Shown: one piece after another, positions 58,720-64,000 of the stretch
Layout: each line of letters begins with the position of its first letter
How positions within the stretch are numbered: the first letter of the stretch is position 1
DNA from: Escherichia coli
GTDB taxonomy: Bacteria > Pseudomonadota > Gammaproteobacteria > Enterobacterales > Enterobacteriaceae
Length of the DNA stretch: 64,000 nucleotides
NCBI RefSeq assembly: GCF_046105845.1
Contig: NZ_CP151004.1
Strand: one strand, 5' to 3'
Notes under the pieces: generated by a model
What the model saw: only the letters and a program-made list of their open reading frames with translations
Told to the model about the DNA's origin: nothing
The model's database searches: none
Program-made: the position numbers and the translations under genes

Positions 58720-59511
58720 ATGGGTAAACTCACGGGCAAGACAGCACTGATTACGGGCGCATTGCAGGGAATTGGCGAAGGAATTGCCAGAACTTTTGCG
58801 CGTCATGGCGCAAACCTAATCTTGCTGGATATCTCCCCTGAGATCGAAAAGCTGGCGGACGAACTGTGTGGTCGTGGTCATCGCTGTACGGCGGTTGTCG
58901 CCGATGTGCGTGACCCGGCGTCGGTAGCCGCAGCTATCAAACGCGCGAAGGAAAAAGAAGGGCGCATTGATATCCTGGTGAATAACGCAGGCGTTTGTCG
59001 TCTGGGCAGTTTCCTCGATATGAGCGATGAAGATCGCGATTTCCATATTGATATCAATATTAAAGGTGTATGGAACGTCACGAAGGCGGTGCTGCCGGAG
59101 ATGATTGCCCGCAAAGATGGTCGCATTGTGATGATGTCTTCAGTCACTGGCGATATGGTGGCCGATCCGGGTGAAACGGCGTACGCTTTAACGAAAGCGG
59201 CGATTGTTGGCCTGACTAAATCGCTGGCGGTGGAGTACGCGCAGTCGGGGATTCGCGTTAACGCCATCTGCCCGGGATACGTCCGCACGCCAATGGCGGA
59301 AAGCATTGCCCGCCAGTCGAACCCGGAAGATCCAGAATCGGTGCTGACTGAAATGGCAAAAGCAATCCCGATGCGTCGCCTCGCCGATCCGCTGGAAGTC
59401 GGCGAACTGGCAGCCTTCCTCGCATCGGATGAATCAAGTTATTTAACCGGTACACAGAATGTGATTGATGGCGGCAGCACACTGCCGGAGACGGTTAGCG
59501 TCGGCATCTGA
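58720..59511 (+). CDS. ucpA: Short-chain dehydrogenase/reductase UcpA
   Basis: 263 aa from ATG 58720; Rossmann motif TGALQGIGEG; catalytic YALTK. Confidence 0.93.
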   Translation: MGKLTGKTALITGALQGIGEGIARTFARHGANLILLDISPEIEKLADELCGRGHRCTAVVADVRDPASVAAAIKRAKEKEGRIDILVNNAGVCRLGSFLDMSDEDRDFHIDINIKGVWNVTKAVLPEMIARKDGRIVMMSSVTGDMVADPGETAYALTKAAIVGLTKSLAVEYAQSGIRVNAICPGYVRTPMAESIARQSNPEDPESVLTEMAKAIPMRRLADPLEVGELAAFLASDESSYLTGTQNVIDGGSTLPETVSVGI

Positions 59512-59523
59512 TTCACCTCTGTT

Positions 59524-59555
59524 TCCTCCCTGCATTTGTGGGGAGGATTTCGTCT
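59524..59555 (+). terminator. Probable intrinsic terminator after ucpA
   Basis: tcctccc-tgcatttgtg-gggagga hairpin followed by a T-rich tract. Confidence 0.5.
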
Positions 59556-59681
59556 TGAACTAAGTTCTTATTCCCTTTTCAACTTCCAAATCACCAAACG
59601 GTATATAAAACCGTTACTCCTTTCACGTCCGTTATAAATATGATGGCTATTAGAAAGTCATTAAATTTATAAGGGTGCGCA

Positions 59682-60698
59682 ATGGCCGTTAACTTACTGA
59701 AAAAGAACTCACTCGCGCTGGTCGCTTCTCTGCTGCTGGCGGGCCATGTACAGGCAACGGAACTGCTGAACAGTTCTTATGACGTCTCTCGCGAGCTGTT
59801 TGCAGCCCTTAATCCGCCGTTTGAGCAACAATGGGCAAAAGATAACGGCGGCGACAAACTGACGATAAAACAATCTCATGCCGGGTCATCAAAACAGGCG
59901 CTGGCGATTTTGCAGGGCTTAAAAGCAGACGTTGTCACTTATAACCAGGTGACCGACGTACAAATCCTGCATGACAAAGGCAAGCTGATCCCGGCCGACT
60001 GGCAGTCGCGCCTGCCGAATAACAGCTCGCCGTTCTACTCCACCATGGGCTTCCTGGTGCGTAAGGGCAACCCGAAGAATATTCACGACTGGAACGACCT
60101 CGTGCGCTCCGACGTGAAGCTGATTTTCCCGAACCCGAAAACGTCGGGTAACGCACGTTATACCTATCTGGCGGCATGGGGTGCAGCGGATAAAGCTGAC
60201 GGTGGCGACAAAGCCAAAACCGAACAGTTTATGACCCAGTTCCTGAAAAACGTTGAAGTGTTCGATACCGGTGGCCGTGGCGCGACCACCACCTTTGCCG
60301 AGCGCGGGCTGGGCGATGTGCTGATTAGCTTCGAATCGGAAGTGAACAACATCCGCAAACAGTATGAAGCGCAGGGCTTTGAAGTGGTGATTCCGAAAAC
60401 CAATATTCTGGCGGAATTCCCGGTGGCGTGGGTCGATAAAAACGTGCAGGCCAACGGTACGGAAAAAGCAGCAAAAGCTTACCTGAACTGGCTCTACAGC
60501 CCGCAGGCGCAAACCATCATCACCGACTATTACTACCGCGTAAATAACCCGGAAGTCATGGACAAACTGAAAGACAAATTCCCGCAGACCGAACTGTTCC
60601 GCGTGGAAGACAAATTTGGCTCCTGGCCGGAAGTGATGAAAACCCACTTCACCAGCGGCGGCGAGTTAGACAAGCTGTTAGCGGCGGGGCGTAATTAA
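59682..60698 (+). CDS. cysP: Thiosulfate-binding periplasmic protein CysP
   Basis: 338 aa with signal peptide ([25 protein letters not shown]). Confidence 0.95.
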   Translation: MAVNLLKKNSLALVASLLLAGHVQATELLNSSYDVSRELFAALNPPFEQQWAKDNGGDKLTIKQSHAGSSKQALAILQGLKADVVTYNQVTDVQILHDKGKLIPADWQSRLPNNSSPFYSTMGFLVRKGNPKNIHDWNDLVRSDVKLIFPNPKTSGNARYTYLAAWGAADKADGGDKAKTEQFMTQFLKNVEVFDTGGRGATTTFAERGLGDVLISFESEVNNIRKQYEAQGFEVVIPKTNILAEFPVAWVDKNVQANGTEKAAKAYLNWLYSPQAQTIITDYYYRVNNPEVMDKLKDKFPQTELFRVEDKFGSWPEVMKTHFTSGGELDKLLAAGRN

Positions 60699-61531
60699 TG
60701 TTTGCAGTTTCATCAAGACGCGTGCTGCCGGGCTTTACCTTAAGCCTCGGCACCAGTCTGCTGTTTGTGTGCCTGATTTTGCTGCTGCCGCTCTCCGCGC
60801 TGGTGATGCAGCTAGCTCAGATGAGCTGGGCGCAGTACTGGGAGGTGATCACCAACCCGCAGGTGGTCGCGGCCTACAAAGTGACGCTGCTGTCAGCGTT
60901 TGTGGCATCAATTTTTAACGGCGTTTTCGGTTTGCTGATGGCGTGGATCTTAACCCGCTATCGCTTTCCGGGCCGCACGCTGCTTGATGCGCTGATGGAT
61001 TTACCCTTTGCGCTGCCAACGGCAGTCGCCGGTTTGACGCTGGCCTCGCTCTTTTCCGTGAACGGTTTTTACGGTGAATGGCTGGCGAAGTTTGATATCA
61101 AAGTTACCTATACCTGGCTGGGGATTGCGGTGGCGATGGCTTTTACCAGTATTCCGTTTGTGGTGCGTACCGTGCAGCCGGTGCTGGAAGAGTTAGGCCC
61201 GGAATATGAAGAAGCGGCAGAAACGCTCGGCGCAACGCGCTGGCAGAGTTTCTGCAAAGTGGTGCTGCCGGAGCTTTCTCCGGCGCTGGTGGCGGGCGTG
61301 GCGCTGTCGTTTACCCGCAGCCTCGGTGAGTTTGGCGCGGTGATTTTTATCGCCGGAAACATCGCCTGGAAGACGGAAGTGACGTCGCTGATGATTTTTG
61401 TTCGCTTACAGGAGTTTGATTACCCGGCGGCGAGCGCGATTGCTTCGGTGATCCTCGCGGCATCCCTGCTGCTGCTGTTCTCAATTAACACTCTGCAAAG
61501 TCGCTTTGGTCGGCGTGTGGTAGGTCATTAA
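60698..61531 (+). CDS. cysU: Sulfate/thiosulfate ABC transporter permease CysU (CysT)
   Basis: 277 aa membrane protein; start overlaps cysP stop. Confidence 0.95.
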   Translation: MFAVSSRRVLPGFTLSLGTSLLFVCLILLLPLSALVMQLAQMSWAQYWEVITNPQVVAAYKVTLLSAFVASIFNGVFGLLMAWILTRYRFPGRTLLDALMDLPFALPTAVAGLTLASLFSVNGFYGEWLAKFDIKVTYTWLGIAVAMAFTSIPFVVRTVQPVLEELGPEYEEAAETLGATRWQSFCKVVLPELSPALVAGVALSFTRSLGEFGAVIFIAGNIAWKTEVTSLMIFVRLQEFDYPAASAIASVILAASLLLLFSINTLQSRFGRRVVGH

Positions 61532-62406
61532 TGGCGGAAGTGACACAGTTGAAGCGTTATGACGCGCGCCCGATTAACTGGGGCAAATGGTTTCTGATTG
61601 GCATCGGGATGCTGGTATCGGCGTTCATCCTGCTGGTGCCGATGATTTATATCTTCGTACAGGCATTCAGCAAAGGGCTGATGCCGGTTTTACAGAATCT
61701 GGCCGATCCGGACATGCTGCACGCCATTTGGCTGACGGTGATGATTGCGCTGATTGCCGTACCGGTGAACCTGGTGTTCGGCATTCTGCTGGCGTGGCTG
61801 GTGACGCGCTTTAACTTCCCCGGACGCCAGTTACTGCTGACGCTACTGGACATTCCGTTTGCCGTATCGCCGGTGGTTGCCGGTCTGGTGTATCTGCTGT
61901 TCTACGGCTCTAACGGCCCGCTCGGCGGCTGGCTGGATGAGCATAACCTGCAAATTATGTTCTCCTGGCCGGGAATGGTGCTGGTCACCATCTTTGTGAC
62001 ATGTCCGTTTGTGGTGCGCGAGCTGGTGCCGGTGATGTTAAGCCAGGGCAGCCAGGAAGACGAAGCGGCGATTTTGCTTGGCGCGTCCGGCTGGCAGATG
62101 TTCCGTCGCGTCACATTGCCGAATATTCGCTGGGCGCTGCTGTATGGCGTGGTGCTGACCAACGCCCGCGCGATTGGCGAGTTTGGCGCGGTATCGGTGG
62201 TTTCCGGCTCGATTCGCGGCGAAACACTTTCGCTGCCGTTACAGATTGAATTGCTGGAGCAGGACTACAACACCGTCGGCTCCTTTACCGCCGCCGCGTT
62301 GTTGACGCTGATGGCGATTATTACCCTGTTTTTAAAGAGTATGTTGCAGTGGCGCCTGGAGAATCAGGAAAAACGCGCGCAGCAGGAGGAACATCATGAG
62401 CATTGA
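61531..62406 (+). CDS. cysW: Sulfate/thiosulfate ABC transporter permease CysW
   Basis: 291 aa membrane protein; start overlaps cysU stop. Confidence 0.95.
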   Translation: MAEVTQLKRYDARPINWGKWFLIGIGMLVSAFILLVPMIYIFVQAFSKGLMPVLQNLADPDMLHAIWLTVMIALIAVPVNLVFGILLAWLVTRFNFPGRQLLLTLLDIPFAVSPVVAGLVYLLFYGSNGPLGGWLDEHNLQIMFSWPGMVLVTIFVTCPFVVRELVPVMLSQGSQEDEAAILLGASGWQMFRRVTLPNIRWALLYGVVLTNARAIGEFGAVSVVSGSIRGETLSLPLQIELLEQDYNTVGSFTAAALLTLMAIITLFLKSMLQWRLENQEKRAQQEEHHEH

Positions 62407-63493
62407 GATTGCCAATATTAAGAAGTCTTTTGGTCGCACCCAGGTGCTGAATGATATCTCACTGGATATTCCCTCTGGTCAGATGGTCGCGCTGCTGGGG
62501 CCGTCCGGTTCCGGGAAAACCACGCTGCTGCGCATTATCGCCGGGCTGGAGCATCAAACCAGCGGGCATATTCGCTTCCACGGCACCGACGTCAGCCGCC
62601 TGCATGCGCGCGATCGTAAAGTCGGTTTCGTGTTTCAGCATTACGCGCTGTTCCGCCATATGACGGTGTTCGACAATATCGCTTTCGGCCTGACGGTGCT
62701 GCCGCGTCGCGAGCGCCCGAATGCCGCAGCCATCAAAGCGAAAGTGACAAAATTGCTGGAGATGGTGCAGCTTGCGCATCTGGCGGATCGTTATCCAGCA
62801 CAGCTTTCCGGCGGCCAGAAACAGCGTGTGGCACTGGCGCGCGCGCTGGCTGTAGAACCGCAAATTCTGCTGCTTGATGAACCGTTTGGCGCGCTGGATG
62901 CGCAGGTGCGTAAAGAGTTGCGTCGCTGGCTGCGTCAGTTACATGAAGAGCTGAAATTCACCAGCGTGTTTGTGACCCATGATCAGGAAGAAGCGACCGA
63001 AGTAGCCGATCGTGTAGTGGTGATGAGCCAGGGCAATATCGAGCAGGCTGATGCACCGGACCAGGTATGGCGCGAACCAGCGACCCGTTTTGTACTCGAA
63101 TTTATGGGCGAAGTGAACCGCCTGCAGGGAACCATTCGCGGCGGGCAGTTCCATGTTGGCGCACATCGCTGGCCGCTGGGCTATACACCTGCGTATCAGG
63201 GGCCGGTGGATCTCTTCCTTCGTCCGTGGGAAGTGGATATCAGCCGCCGTACCAGCCTCGATTCGCCGCTGCCGGTACAGGTACTGGAAGCCAGCCCGAA
63301 AGGCCACTACACCCAATTAGTCGTGCAGCCGCTGGGGTGGTACAACGAAGCGCTGACGGTCGTGATGCACGGCGACGACGCCCCGCAACGTGGCGAGCGT
63401 TTATTCGTTGGTCTGCAACATGCGCGGCTGTATAACGGCGACGAGCGTATTGAAACCCGCGATGAGGAACTTGCTCTCGCACAAAGCGCCTGA
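62396..63493 (+). CDS. cysA: Sulfate/thiosulfate ABC transporter ATP-binding protein CysA
   Basis: 365 aa; Walker [10 protein letters not shown]; ABC signature LSGGQKQR. Confidence 0.96.
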   Translation: MSIEIANIKKSFGRTQVLNDISLDIPSGQMVALLGPSGSGKTTLLRIIAGLEHQTSGHIRFHGTDVSRLHARDRKVGFVFQHYALFRHMTVFDNIAFGLTVLPRRERPNAAAIKAKVTKLLEMVQLAHLADRYPAQLSGGQKQRVALARALAVEPQILLLDEPFGALDAQVRKELRRWLRQLHEELKFTSVFVTHDQEEATEVADRVVVMSQGNIEQADAPDQVWREPATRFVLEFMGEVNRLQGTIRGGQFHVGAHRWPLGYTPAYQGPVDLFLRPWEVDISRRTSLDSPLPVQVLEASPKGHYTQLVVQPLGWYNEALTVVMHGDDAPQRGERLFVGLQHARLYNGDERIETRDEELALAQSA

Positions 63494-63514
63494 TAGGTTG
63501 AGTGAATGTTAAAC

Positions 63515-63548
63515 GCCCGGAGGCGCTTCCCGCGATCCGGGCTTTTTA
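63515..63548 (+). terminator. Intrinsic terminator after cysA
   Basis: gcccgga-N14-tccgggc hairpin followed by ttttt. Confidence 0.7.
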
Positions 63549-63567
63549 ATGGCAAGGTTTGTAATCT

Positions 63568-63603
63568 GTAGGCCTGATAAGACGCGCAAGCGTCGCATCA
63601 GGC
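63568..63603. repeat. REP element between cysA and cysM
   Basis: gtaggcctgataagacgcgcaagcgtcgcatcaggc, canonical REP palindrome. Confidence 0.75.
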
Positions 63604-63626
63604 AACACCACGTATGGACAGAGATC

Positions 63627-64000
63627 GTGAGTACATTAGAACAAACAATTGGCAATACGCCTCTGGTGAAGTTGCAGCGAATGGGGCCGAATAACGGCAG
63701 TGAAGTCTGGTTGAAACTGGAAGGCAATAACCCGGCAGGTTCGGTGAAAGATCGTGCGGCGCTTTCGATGATCGTCGAGGCGGAAAAGCGCGGGGAAATT
63801 AAACCGGGTGATGTCTTAATCGAAGCCACCAGTGGTAACACCGGCATTGCGCTGGCAATGATTGCCGCGCTTAAAGGCTATCGCATGAAATTGCTGATGC
63901 CCGACAACATGAGCCAGGAACGCCGTGCGGCGATGCGTGCTTATGGTGCGGAACTGATTCTTGTCACCAAAGAGCAGGGCATGGAAGGTGCGCGCGATCT
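63627..64000 (+). CDS. cysM: Cysteine synthase B (O-acetylserine sulfhydrylase B) CysM, N-terminal part; runs off window end
   Basis: GTG 63627 then STLEQTIGNTPLVKLQRMGPNNGSEVWLKLEGNNPAGSVKDRAA (PLP-binding lysine context). Confidence 0.92.
   Translation, partial: MSTLEQTIGNTPLVKLQRMGPNNGSEVWLKLEGNNPAGSVKDRAALSMIVEAEKRGEIKPGDVLIEATSGNTGIALAMIAALKGYRMKLLMPDNMSQERRAAMRAYGAELILVTKEQGMEGARD

Overview
This 64 kb window reads as ordinary, well-characterised Escherichia coli core chromosome, and I do not find an undescribed biological system in it. Every ORF of meaningful size is accounted for by a recognisable gene, identified from the translated sequence and gene order. In window order: hyfH (partial) and hyfGFEDCBA (hydrogenase 4, minus strand), bcp, gcvR, dapA-bamC, purC, ypfJ-tmcA-ypfH, ypfN, dapE, yffB, the 19-codon ypfM, acrD, narQ, aegA, nudK, ypfG, tktB-talA, maeB, the complete ethanolamine-utilisation microcompartment operon eutSPQTDMNEJGHABCLKR, hemF-amiA, ypeA-yfeZ, yfeY, yfeX, yfeW, murP-murQ with divergent murR, ucpA, and cysPUWA with the start of cysM. 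The eut operon is uninterrupted at the eutA/eutB junction, so this is not a K-12 MG1655-type chromosome (which carries the CPZ-55 prophage there). I see no IS element, integrase, CRISPR array, tRNA or rRNA. Non-coding features supported by the sequence are REP-type repeats, a second GC-rich palindromic repeat family present at two loci, several intrinsic terminators, a sigma-54 -24/-12 promoter for hyf, a BaeR-box match upstream of acrD, a PurR-box match upstream of purC and a CRP-like site in the murQ/murR control region. The most interesting sequence-level observation is a perfect 10 bp hairpin sitting between a GGAGG motif and the eutR start codon. Several genes use non-ATG starts (gcvR TTG; narQ, eutQ, eutA, cysM and probably hyfG GTG). 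Gene names and functions are established knowledge applied to sequence I read directly; no database search was run, and exact start codons are inferred.
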